A DNA stretch of 64,000 bases from Maribacter sp. 2-571 (GTDB lineage: Bacteria > Bacteroidota > Bacteroidia > Flavobacteriales > Flavobacteriaceae). Where the stretch lies: contig NZ_JBNGOP010000003.1 of the NCBI RefSeq assembly GCF_050589625.1, positions 87,023 through 151,022 on the forward strand. Reading direction: 5' to 3'. The translations under genes and the position numbers were made by a program. Shown piece by piece: positions 1 through 9,196 of this stretch. The stretch's first letter is position 1, and every line of letters begins with the position of its first letter. Below the pieces are notes generated by a model that saw only the letters and a program-made list of their open reading frames with translations, did no database searches and was not told the origin of the DNA.

Positions 1-1224
1 AATTTGGATGAGTCCAAACTTGCTCGGAGGCAATATTTTATGTTTGGCGCGGTCATCTTTCATTTCGTCCCGAAGATGTTCGAAAAGTCTTTTGCGATGC
101 TGGGGTTTTACCATATCGATAAAATCGATGACAATGATTCCTCCCATGTCCCTTAATCGCAATTGTCGGGCGATTTCCGAAGCGGCGAGCAAATTTACCT
201 CTAATGCGGTATCTTCTTGATTTTTCGCCTTGTTCGAACGGTTTCCGCTATTGACGTCGATGACGTGCAAGGCTTCGGTATGTTCGATAATCAAATAGGC
301 ACCCTTACTCATAGAGGCCGTACGACCGAAAGAAGTTTTGATCTGTCTTTCGATGCCATATTTTTCAAAAATCGGAACGGTAGACTTGTATAGCTTTACA
401 ATGGATTCTTTTCCTGGAGCAATTTCTTGGACATAGTCCTGTATTTGCTCGCAAAGCGTTTGGTTGTCGACATGGATTCCCGTAAAGGAGTCGTTGAAAA
501 CGTCCCTTAAAATAGACGAGGCCCGGTTTACTTCGACCAATACCTTGGAAGGAGTTTGTGCCCTGTATAGTTTTTTACACATTGCTGTCCATTTGGTCAG
601 CAAGTTTTCTAGATCTTTGTCGAGTTCAGCTACTTTTTTGCCTTCGGCGACCGTACGGATAATAACACCGAAACCTTTTGGTTTGATGCTCATTACCAAG
701 CGTTTTAAACGGTCTTTTTCTTCTTTGCTGCTTATTTTTTGAGAAACGGAAACCCGGTCGGAAAAGGGCACCATCACCAGATACCTTCCGGCAAAGGAAA
801 GTTCGGAACTTATTCGTGGTCCTTTGGTGGATATGGGTTCTTTTACGATTTGTACCAACAACGATTGGTTGGCCTTTATCACATCCGTAATCACTCCATT
901 TTTATCGATATCCTTTTCAAAAGGAAAACTTTTTAGATTATAATCCTTAAGTTTTCCGGTGCTTACACCTTTTATGAATTTTAGCATGGAGGCCAGTTGC
1001 GGCCCAAGGTCGTGGTAGTGTAAAAAGGCATCTTTTTCGTAGCCTACATTTACAAAAGCGGCGTTTAGTCCGGTGACAGGTTTACGGATTTTGGCTAAAA
1101 AAATATCACCTACCGAAAAATTGTTGTCATCTTCGTCCTTGTGCAATTCAGTGAGCTTTCCATTTTTAAGCAGGGCAAAATCAACGGCGTCTGAACTAGA
1201 TCTTACGATTAATTCTCTATTCAC
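1..1224 (-). CDS. Ribonuclease E/G family protein (RNase G-like), 3' end truncated by the window edge; GTG start at 1224
   Basis: Reverse-complement translation VNRELIVRSSSDAVDFALLKNGKL...VLVEVNRASSILRDVFNDSFTGIHVDNQ...ALEVNLLAASEIARQLRLRDMGGIIVIDFIDM matches the S1 and catalytic-domain signature of RNase E/G. Not in the ORF track because it runs off the window. Confidence 0.75.
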   Translation of the reverse strand, partial: MNRELIVRSSSDAVDFALLKNGKLTELHKDEDDNNFSVGDIFLAKIRKPVTGLNAAFVNVGYEKDAFLHYHDLGPQLASMLKFIKGVSTGKLKDYNLKSFPFEKDIDKNGVITDVIKANQSLLVQIVKEPISTKGPRISSELSFAGRYLVMVPFSDRVSVSQKISSKEEKDRLKRLVMSIKPKGFGVIIRTVAEGKKVAELDKDLENLLTKWTAMCKKLYRAQTPSKVLVEVNRASSILRDVFNDSFTGIHVDNQTLCEQIQDYVQEIAPGKESIVKLYKSTVPIFEKYGIERQIKTSFGRTASMSKGAYLIIEHTEALHVIDVNSGNRSNKAKNQEDTALEVNLLAASEIARQLRLRDMGGIIVIDFIDMVKPQHRKRLFEHLRDEMKDDRAKHKILPPSKFGLIQI

Positions 1225-1497
1225 CTGAATATATTTATAAATATCCCATTGGTTGTCGCAACTGCGACTTGTGGGATAAATAGATTAAACAATACCATAA
1301 ACAGATAGTACCTACCTGCCGAAACTCTTTTGGGAGTTTCTATGTCAAGGAACGTATTAAAACGAAAAAGTAGTCGAAAACAACTACTTTTTCTTGTGTC
1401 GGTTAGCTCTCCGGCGCTTCTTTCGCTTGTGGGTAGCTACCTTATGTCTTTTTCGTTTTTTACCGCTAGGCATAAAGTTATCCTTTTAAATTATTGA

Positions 1498-1788
1498 TTA
1501 TTTTACTAAAACGTTACTTTTCACACTTTCGACAAACACCTTGGCAGGTTTGAAGGCCGGAATGTTATGGGCAGCTATCTTGATCGTAGTGTTTTTTGAG
1601 ATATTTCTTCCGGTCTTTTCCGCTCTGGTCTTAATGATAAAACTTCCGAAACCTCTTAAATAAACGTTGTCACCATTTTCCAAGGAACTTTTCACTTCTT
1701 CCATAAAGGTTTCGACCGTCGCCTGAACCTCTCCTTTTTCCATTCCCAATTTCTCCGAAATCTTTGCTACAATTTCTGCTTTCGTCAT
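1498..1788 (-). CDS. HU family DNA-binding protein
   Basis: 96 aa; MTKAEIVAKISEKLGM...RGFGSF...KIAAHNIPAFKPAK is the typical HU/IHF fold signature. Confidence 0.85.
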   Translation of the reverse strand: MTKAEIVAKISEKLGMEKGEVQATVETFMEEVKSSLENGDNVYLRGFGSFIIKTRAEKTGRNISKNTTIKIAAHNIPAFKPAKVFVESVKSNVLVK

Positions 1789-1836
1789 CGTTAAATTATA
1801 TAGTTTGTTTTAAGGCTTGCAAATATATAAATTAAA

Positions 1837-2958
1837 TTGAATCTTTATTATCAAACGACTAATTTTAAGTCTATAAACCACTACTTTAGCGCATCTCGAA
1901 TGGATCTTATGTCGTTTTCAGAAAATATCTTGCTTTGGTATGCGGAGAATAAACGATCACTTCCTTGGCGCCGTACCACCGATCCCTATCATATTTGGCT
2001 TTCTGAAATTATGCTACAACAGACACGTGTGGCACAGGGCACGCCCTATTACCTTAAGTTTATAGCGCATTTTCCCAAGGTGGAAGATCTAGCGAACGCG
2101 TCGGAGGAGCAAGTGCTCAAATTATGGCAAGGTCTGGGGTATTATTCCCGTGCCCGTAACCTGCACGCTACCGCAAAACATGTGGCTTTTGAACTGGGAG
2201 GGCGGTTTCCAAATACCTATAAGGAACTATTGGCGTTAAAAGGGGTGGGCGACTATACGGCCAGTGCAATTGCTTCCATTTGCTTTAACGAGCCACAACC
2301 GGTGGTAGACGGTAATGTATATCGGGTGTTGGCCCGCTATTATGGGGTAGACCTTCCCATAAACACCCCCAAGGGAACCGCGTATTTTAAAAAATTGGCC
2401 CGCGAGGTAATGGCCGTTGAAAACGTTCGGGACTACAATCAGGGCATTATGGAATTCGGGGCGATACAGTGTGCCCCAAAAAAGCCCTATTGCCTGCACT
2501 GCCCTTTAAACGACAGTTGTGCGGCCCTGGCAAAGAACAGGGTGCGTGAGCTTCCGGTAAAACTGAAGAAAACCAAGGTGCGCAATCGGTACTTCAATTA
2601 TCTGGTGCCGGTATTGGCCTGTGACGGTGATACGCCCGAAACCTTGTTGCGCAAACGGGAGGGGAAAGGCATTTGGCAAAATTTATGGGAGTTTCCATTG
2701 TTCGAAACGGAGAACGAGGTGGATCTGGAAGCCATTAAAAGTCGGACCGAAGCCCTTGTCCCCATTAAGGGAACCCCCGAAATATCGCTTTTCAACGAGA
2801 AAATAGTAGTTCACAAATTATCGCACCAACACCTGCACACGCGCTTTTGGATCATACGCAGCAAAGAAACCGTTAGCGGGGCGATCCCTTTTGAACGTGT
2901 GCCCGATTATGCCGTGCCCGTTTTGATCGCCAATTTCCTAAAAACGTTCAAAATTTAG
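1837..2958 (+). CDS. mutY: A/G-specific adenine DNA glycosylase MutY (true start probably the internal Met near 1897)
   Basis: LPWRRTTDPYHIWLSEIMLQQTRV, HhH-GPD region GVGDYTASAI, 4Fe-4S Cys cluster CAPKKPYCLHCPLNDSC, and a C-terminal NUDIX-like domain. Confidence 0.85.
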   Translation: MNLYYQTTNFKSINHYFSASRMDLMSFSENILLWYAENKRSLPWRRTTDPYHIWLSEIMLQQTRVAQGTPYYLKFIAHFPKVEDLANASEEQVLKLWQGLGYYSRARNLHATAKHVAFELGGRFPNTYKELLALKGVGDYTASAIASICFNEPQPVVDGNVYRVLARYYGVDLPINTPKGTAYFKKLAREVMAVENVRDYNQGIMEFGAIQCAPKKPYCLHCPLNDSCAALAKNRVRELPVKLKKTKVRNRYFNYLVPVLACDGDTPETLLRKREGKGIWQNLWEFPLFETENEVDLEAIKSRTEALVPIKGTPEISLFNEKIVVHKLSHQHLHTRFWIIRSKETVSGAIPFERVPDYAVPVLIANFLKTFKI

Positions 2959-3033
2959 TATTTTTGACCCGGAATCCATTTCGGTTTTTTTACCAATTAA
3001 AAAAGGCTAAATGAGTTCCTTAATAAAACTGGT

Positions 3034-3507
3034 ATGAGCGGAACGTTAAATAAGGTGATGTTAATCGGACACCTCGGTGATGAGTTGAAAATGCACTATT
3101 TCGAGGGCGGGGGATGTATCGGACGTTTTCCATTGGCCACCAACGAAACCTATACGAATAAGCAAACGGGAGAGCGGGTTACCAATACCGACTGGCATAA
3201 TATTGTTGTGCGCAACAAAGCTGCTGAAATTTGCGAAAAGTATTTGAGCAAAGGGGACAAGGTGTACGTTGAGGGCCGCCTAAAAACCAGACAATGGCAA
3301 GGTGAGGATGGTAATATGCGCTATTCTACGGAAGTACAGGTACAGGACTTTACCTTTCTGACCACCAAAAAAGAAAGTATGGCCGCCGCGCAATCGCAGC
3401 AGGTTGCAGCTCCAAAAGCATCATCGGGTATGCCGGCGCAAACACCGAAACAGACCGCTCCCATACCATCGGCCCAACCTGAACAGGAGGACGATTTACC
3501 TTTCTAA
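3034..3507 (+). CDS. ssb: Single-stranded DNA-binding protein
   Basis: OB fold (VMLIGHLGDE...RLKTRQWQGEDGNMRYSTEV), a Q/P-rich linker and the acidic C-terminal tail DDLPF. Confidence 0.9.
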   Translation: MSGTLNKVMLIGHLGDELKMHYFEGGGCIGRFPLATNETYTNKQTGERVTNTDWHNIVVRNKAAEICEKYLSKGDKVYVEGRLKTRQWQGEDGNMRYSTEVQVQDFTFLTTKKESMAAAQSQQVAAPKASSGMPAQTPKQTAPIPSAQPEQEDDLPF

Positions 3508-3528
3508 AACCGAAAAGCTCCGTAAACG

Positions 3529-4857
3529 TTGGATCCCGACCCCTACAGTTCGCTATTACCTTTGATCGCCTTTACGAGTGCCTTTTTTGTAAAATTGGCG
3601 GTACTTTTCTTTTTGTTGATCTGTTCGGCCCTCATTTCGGGTGCCGAGGTTGCTTTTTTTGGGCTATCCTCTACGGACGTTAAGGGGCTACAGGAAGAAA
3701 AAACGACCAAGGCCGATGTCATCGTCACCCTTTTAGAGCGCCCCAAGAAGTTATTGGCCACTATCCTCATAGCCAACAACGCCATTAACATCGGAATCGT
3801 ACTGCTGTTCAGTGCCATTGGCGATACCTTGTTTTCGGGCATTACCTTTAAATTGTTCGGTTTTTTGTCGGTGCGTTTTTTATTGGAGGTCATCGTAGCT
3901 ACTTTTCTTATCCTGATGTTCGGGGAAATACTGCCCAAGGTATATGCCAATCGCAATCGCATGGATTTTTCGCATTTTATGGCCTTTCCCTTAAAGGTGT
4001 TGGACGTGTTGTTCTCGCCCCTTAGTCTGCCCATGCGCAAGGCCACGCTGTTCTTGCATACCCGACTGGGACGGGAAAAATCGAATTTGAGCGTCGATCA
4101 CCTATCCCAGGCACTGGAACTTACCTCGGAAGGGGATACCACCAAAGAGGAGCAAAAAATTTTGGAGGGCATCGTTTCCTTTGGGAATACCGACACCAAA
4201 CAGGTGATGCGTCCAAGGATCGATATTTTTGCCCTGAACGAGGAAATGAAGTTTTCCGAGGTGCTTGCCGAAATTAAAAAAAACGGGTATTCCCGTATTC
4301 CCGTGTTTTCGGAAAATATGGACAATGTTCTAGGGGTGCTTTATGTGAAAGACCTGTTGCCCTACATCGACCGCAAAACCTTTGCCTGGATGTCCCTGAT
4401 ACGCGAACCCTATTTTGTTCCCGAAAATAAAAAGCTCGACGATCTTTTGTTGGAATTCAAGGAAATGAAGAACCACCTTGCGGTAGTAGTGGACGAGTAT
4501 GGCGGTACTTCGGGTATTGTTACCTTAGAGGATATTATAGAGGAAATTGTCGGGGATATCAGCGATGAGTTCGACGATGAGGACCTTATTTTTTCCAAGT
4601 TGGACGATTTCAATTATGTTTTTGACGGGAAGACCGCGCTAAAGGATTTTTATAGGGTGGTGAAAATAGCGGATGAAGAGGGCTTTGAGGAGCAAAAGGG
4701 CGAATCGGAGACCATTGCCGGTTTTGTGTTGGAAATTGCCGGTAGCTTCCCCAAAAAGGGGGAGAAGGTCTGGTTTAACGAGTATCAGTTCATTGTAGAA
4801 AGTTTGGATAAAAAACGGCTCAAACAAATTAAAATTACGTTGCCCCATGATGTGTAA
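3529..4857 (+). CDS. gldE: Gliding motility protein GldE (CNNM/CorC family: DUF21 membrane domain, CBS pair, CorC_HlyC)
   Basis: Four N-terminal TM helices, CBS domains and a C-terminal transporter-associated domain. Conserved ssb-gldE-gldD synteny of Flavobacteriaceae. Confidence 0.75.
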   Translation: MDPDPYSSLLPLIAFTSAFFVKLAVLFFLLICSALISGAEVAFFGLSSTDVKGLQEEKTTKADVIVTLLERPKKLLATILIANNAINIGIVLLFSAIGDTLFSGITFKLFGFLSVRFLLEVIVATFLILMFGEILPKVYANRNRMDFSHFMAFPLKVLDVLFSPLSLPMRKATLFLHTRLGREKSNLSVDHLSQALELTSEGDTTKEEQKILEGIVSFGNTDTKQVMRPRIDIFALNEEMKFSEVLAEIKKNGYSRIPVFSENMDNVLGVLYVKDLLPYIDRKTFAWMSLIREPYFVPENKKLDDLLLEFKEMKNHLAVVVDEYGGTSGIVTLEDIIEEIVGDISDEFDDEDLIFSKLDDFNYVFDGKTALKDFYRVVKIADEEGFEEQKGESETIAGFVLEIAGSFPKKGEKVWFNEYQFIVESLDKKRLKQIKITLPHDV

Positions 4858-5401
4858 TAAATTTTTGATGCTTTTCGTTGTTCTTTTTTTGATGGCCTGT
4901 GGTGAAGAGACCCTTCCAAAACCGAATGCCGTATTGCGATTGGAATATCCAAAAGCGCAATGGGATACCTTAAGTGTGGGGCATTTTCAATTTCAGAAGA
5001 ACCGATTGGCCAAGGTAAAGGACCGTACTTCCGAGTCGTTGACCTTGGATTACCCCGCTATGAAGGGGACGATTTATTTGAACTATAAAAAAGTAGACGC
5101 TAATTTAGAGAAGTTATTGGTCGACGCACAAAAGTTCAGCTATGAGCATGCCGTAAAGGCCGACGCGATCGATACAAAAGTATTCCAGAACGAGGAGGAA
5201 CGGGTATACGGGCAGTTTTTTTCGGTCAGTGGCGATGCGGCGTCCCAGGCACAGTTTTATGCCACGGACAGCACCGATCATTTTGTGACCGGTTCGCTTT
5301 ACTTCTACGCGCGGCCCAATTATGACTCCATTTACCCCGCTGCCGTGTATTTGCAGAACGACATCCTTACGATAATGGAGAGTTTGAGGTGGAAGGAGTA
5401 A
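4847..5401 (+). CDS. gldD: Gliding motility lipoprotein GldD (putative)
   Basis: Lipobox LFLMAC, about 184 aa, overlaps the gldE stop (operon). Identified by position and size; no motif independently recognised. Confidence 0.55.
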   Translation: MMCNKFLMLFVVLFLMACGEETLPKPNAVLRLEYPKAQWDTLSVGHFQFQKNRLAKVKDRTSESLTLDYPAMKGTIYLNYKKVDANLEKLLVDAQKFSYEHAVKADAIDTKVFQNEEERVYGQFFSVSGDAASQAQFYATDSTDHFVTGSLYFYARPNYDSIYPAAVYLQNDILTIMESLRWKE

Positions 5402-5925
5402 ACTTTATATTTAATAATCTTAGTTTTTGGTTTTATGCGGTTGTCGCAATCGCTCTTGTTTTCTTTGGGCTTTGGGTGAAAAAAAGGAGTGTGAATCAAA
5501 ATTCGAGCGAATCCAAAAATGATTATCAAGAGGAACTGAAAAATTCCGGAAATCGGATTAGAGTTGTTTTCGACCACTGCCATATTAAACATCGCGAATA
5601 CGAGCAGGAAGTTATTTTGCGAAAAGACACGAGATATCAGAAACGGATTATAGTTCGTTATTCAGAGTGCGAAGTAATATTTGAACTTAAGACCGATAAA
5701 AAAGTGATTGCGTATACAAGCCCAACTCTGTATATGGAACTTATCAACCTTCGTTACAAACTGTATGAGAAAAAAGAAACCATTATTTATGTTTCTAATA
5801 AAAACAATTTCGAGGTTACGGATGAAGAGGGTTTTACCAGGGTAGTTTCCAATGATGGAGAACCATATTACTATTTTGATTTGGAATTTTTGGGAGACAA
5901 GGTATTTTCACGGCCAAAATATTGA
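5389..5925 (+). CDS. Hypothetical membrane-anchored protein (AT-rich islet)
   Basis: 178-aa ORF with an N-terminal TM helix (FWFYAVVAIALVFFGLWV); low GC; no recognisable domain. Confidence 0.4.
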   Translation: MEGVNFIFNNLSFWFYAVVAIALVFFGLWVKKRSVNQNSSESKNDYQEELKNSGNRIRVVFDHCHIKHREYEQEVILRKDTRYQKRIIVRYSECEVIFELKTDKKVIAYTSPTLYMELINLRYKLYEKKETIIYVSNKNNFEVTDEEGFTRVVSNDGEPYYYFDLEFLGDKVFSRPKY

Positions 5926-6258
5926 AGATGAAATTCACTTCATCGGAATATTTCACGAACAAATGGACCTAAAATAGAATGCTAGAGCAACAACTAATCC
6001 AGTAAAACTAAAAACAATACGGGCTTAGGTTTTAAACGAAAGGGTTATGTTTCTTTATAAGGTTCGAAAAGTATTTAGATTCAGAAAACATTACGCAACA
6101 CCGTGTACAATTCATTGCTAGGCATAGCTCGCAAAAGAGAATTTAAGCGGAATTTTCTATCTGTTATTATTTAGTAAGTTTTATTATAAACACCCAAAAA
6201 ACGGCACACGAGACTATTTTGAGTAATTCTTGGAGCAATTTTTGTTGTTTCAACAGAT

Positions 6259-6765
6259 ATGAAAAAATCAGCCTTTCTTCTAGTGATTTTTCTTGTGAAT
6301 GGACTCTCTACATATGGGCAGGAAAATGTAATTACCGAATTTGATTTATATGGTTGTTGGACTTTCCAACGTTCAAAAGATGGAGAACGGCTCGAAAAAG
6401 AGGTAAATCGATCCTGTCTTAAAACTGATGAAACACTTTTCCGTCAGAATTCAAAAATCAGGTTTATGGCCCACAATAAATGTGAGTTTCAGGCCGTAAT
6501 ACAAGATGCGGTTTGTCCGATAATATATAAAACTGTTGAGGGGACTTGGACTTATAGCGATACATCTGGAATAATAGAAATGTACTACCCTAAGAACTTT
6601 AAAGCAGAATTTTGGGAAAAAGTAAAAGAAGACTATCCTGAGTTAGAAATTCCTAACCCAAGACCATACATGAGGTTCGAGATTATTAGCTTAGACTTAA
6701 AAAGAATGGAAATAAAAAAACTACGTACCAAAATGGCTATGGCAAATAGGGGAAAAAGTGAGTAA
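6259..6765 (+). CDS. Hypothetical secreted protein
   Basis: Signal peptide MKKSAFLLVIFLVNGLSTYGQ; 168 aa; AT-rich. Confidence 0.45.
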   Translation: MKKSAFLLVIFLVNGLSTYGQENVITEFDLYGCWTFQRSKDGERLEKEVNRSCLKTDETLFRQNSKIRFMAHNKCEFQAVIQDAVCPIIYKTVEGTWTYSDTSGIIEMYYPKNFKAEFWEKVKEDYPELEIPNPRPYMRFEIISLDLKRMEIKKLRTKMAMANRGKSE

Positions 6766-6978
6766 ATTTTTGGCTTGGGCTTACTTATCAAGTCCGCCAA
6801 AGCTTATTGATTTAACTATATGATTTCTATTTTCGTTATGGAATTCGTGATAACGCTGCGTTAAGTTCGCAATGAAAAAAATAACTACGAAACAAAAGGC
6901 TATAGCCAACTGACCGGACGGAAACGAAAAGTTTCCTTGTCTCTGCTCGTACAACCATTGTAAGCAATTTAAGAATAC

Positions 6979-7392
6979 ATGAAAAAGTTCACCAATAAAG
7001 TAATTGTTATGACTATTTCTTTTATGGTCTTAACCATTGTCGTTGGATTTGTTATTTACAAAAATAATGTGCCGCAAACCGTGGTTTGTGCAACTCCCGA
7101 CCCTGTTTTATTCTGCGGAACAGAATCAAACTTCACGGAAACTGCTCTTAACGGAAGAAAAATTTTCAGAACCCATTGCGCCGCTTGCCATTCGATGCGC
7201 AGAAAAATGACTGGACCCGCTTTTGCAGAAATGGATTCAATAAAAATACGGGAATGGTTGACGAAGATGGAGGAAAAAATAGATAGCACCAAGTATTCAG
7301 AAATGGGAATTGATTTTCATAAAAATATGTGGGGTGATATTCTGAATGAAGAAGAAATCGGACAATTAATTGAGTACAACTGGACGAAATAA
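6979..7392 (+). CDS. Membrane-anchored c-type cytochrome domain protein
   Basis: N-terminal TM helix plus a single haem-binding CxxCH motif (THCAACHSM). Confidence 0.55.
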   Translation: MKKFTNKVIVMTISFMVLTIVVGFVIYKNNVPQTVVCATPDPVLFCGTESNFTETALNGRKIFRTHCAACHSMRRKMTGPAFAEMDSIKIREWLTKMEEKIDSTKYSEMGIDFHKNMWGDILNEEEIGQLIEYNWTK

Positions 7393-7492
7393 AACTGCGC
7401 CAAATAAAAATTAAGGCTCATACAGCCGCCGTGAAGGTCGGTAGCAAGATTTTGGTTTGTAATTTAGTCTAACACCTTGTCTGTCATAGCAA

Positions 7493-7864
7493 ATGAAAAG
7501 TAAGATTGTATTGGAGTTTAAAAGGTATAATTGGACTGTCGACTATTCGATAATTGAGGTTTCCGATAATTTTTATCGTATCATGTTTCCAAATTGTTTC
7601 ATTGAATACTATAAGAATCAGATGTACCATAGTATTGAATGTTGTATTGATATTGATGGAAAAAAGTACGACTTAGAAACTGCTCTGAGATTTAATAAAA
7701 GGAAGACAGGGTATTTGTATAACAACCATTCGGACTTAGAAATTGCAAGATTTATTGAGCAGTATACTGAAACGCTTTACTTTGAATTATTACATTTTAT
7801 CATCCATGATTTCTCTTGGGCCGATAGACAAGCCCATAATTCTCGGAATATAAATTGCATATAA
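7493..7864 (+). CDS. Hypothetical protein
   Basis: 123-aa ORF followed by a rho-independent terminator; no recognisable domain. Confidence 0.4.
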   Translation: MKSKIVLEFKRYNWTVDYSIIEVSDNFYRIMFPNCFIEYYKNQMYHSIECCIDIDGKKYDLETALRFNKRKTGYLYNNHSDLEIARFIEQYTETLYFELLHFIIHDFSWADRQAHNSRNINCI

Positions 7865-7865
7865 G

Positions 7866-7892
7866 CTCCTTTAAGGGGCTTTTTTCTTGGCC
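7866..7892 (+). terminator. Rho-independent terminator after 7493..7864
   Basis: GCTCC-TTTAA-GGGGC hairpin followed by TTTTTT. Confidence 0.55.
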
Positions 7893-8200
7893 GGTTAGAT
7901 GGCCGATTATGGTTTCCGGTGCTTTACGGAGCTATCCAACAGATTCTATAGGATGGCTTCGGGCCATACTGCTGAACACACAGGGAAGCCTTCACGAGCA
8001 TCTCCGCCTCGCTTTTCGAAGGTTTTTGTCCGAATTTCAGGCATTTCTTCAGGTGGTTATGTAGAAACAAAAAACTATTCCAAATGCAGAACAAAGCTGT
8101 TTATAAACGGAATGACAATCAATTTCACAGATGGTATCATCCAACAAAAAGGAAAAATGTTTAGTTTAATAGGATTTTAAAAACCGAAACCATAACAATA

Positions 8201-8833
8201 ATGAACAATGAAGCACAACATTCAACTGATGTAGGTCCTGATAAATTCACTTCAAAAGCAGAACACAATCCAGGACAAGACATGTATGACACTAAAAAAG
8301 AACCAAGAAAATCAATGGGGGTCTATTTGAAAAATCAAAATAGGCTCATAATGAATTCGATAGCGATCGCGGATAAAAAAGCGGCAATTTTAATTAGGAT
8401 AAACACTGCAATAATATCTGCTTTGATCGTATTTGAGAGTTATTTTAAAGGAAATACATCCTTTAATGAACAAATTATACCTGTTCTGATCATTGGGCTT
8501 TCCATTTCATTGATTTTTGCCATTCTCGCAGCAAAACCTTTTAGCTATATTATGTATAAGGTCTTTAATAAAATTGTCAAAAAGAAATATCCGAATTTAG
8601 AAGAAAACAACTTCATGATTTTTGAAGTACCGGAATTTGAGAAGTATGAATTGTCAATGCAGAAGGTTTTAAAGAGTCAAAACCTACAAATAGGGAACCT
8701 TACCAGATTTAACTATTTTATGAGCAAAAGCATCTCTAGGAACTACCTACAGCTAGAAATTGCGTACACTATTTTTTTAATTACGGTCATCGTCGTTGCT
8801 GGCCTATATATCGGTTCAAACTACTTTTGGTAA
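8201..8833 (+). CDS. Hypothetical membrane protein (3 predicted TM helices)
   Basis: 210 aa: K-rich soluble N-terminus, two central TM helices and one C-terminal TM helix; AT-rich. Confidence 0.45.
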   Translation: MNNEAQHSTDVGPDKFTSKAEHNPGQDMYDTKKEPRKSMGVYLKNQNRLIMNSIAIADKKAAILIRINTAIISALIVFESYFKGNTSFNEQIIPVLIIGLSISLIFAILAAKPFSYIMYKVFNKIVKKKYPNLEENNFMIFEVPEFEKYELSMQKVLKSQNLQIGNLTRFNYFMSKSISRNYLQLEIAYTIFLITVIVVAGLYIGSNYFW

Positions 8834-9196
8834 GAGGAAAAACATAACTTTCTGGATGGCCGCGATTAAATTTCACAACGCTCCATCGTATGATGCACCC
8901 AATTAACTCATGGATAATAACAACGGACTTATGGGTAATCAATTTCAATGGCAACAGCTATTTTATGGCGTTTTTGTTTAGGAATAAAAAGTCTCAGGCA
9001 AAACAACAATATGCAACACCCTTATCACAAAAAAAGATATTGATTCAAATGGATATCCGCCTAGTTACTGACCGCTATGGCGTTTTTTCAGAAATACATC
9101 GAATTCCAATGGTACCGCCTACGCCATGTCCTTTTCGGGAGGGCCCCTAAACTGAAAATCAGTTATATTTAAGAATCCTTATTTAATTCGGCCCAA

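Noticed and set aside
7855-8180. Two overlapping plus-strand ORFs (69 and 93 aa) in different frames
   Set aside because: Mutually overlapping and no RBS. They lie in a GC-rich hairpin-dense spacer right after a terminator, which is more consistent with structured RNA or spurious ORFs.
8890-9150. 86-aa ORF upstream of the PUL regulator
   Set aside because: No RBS, no domain, lies in the promoter region of the regulator; likely spurious.
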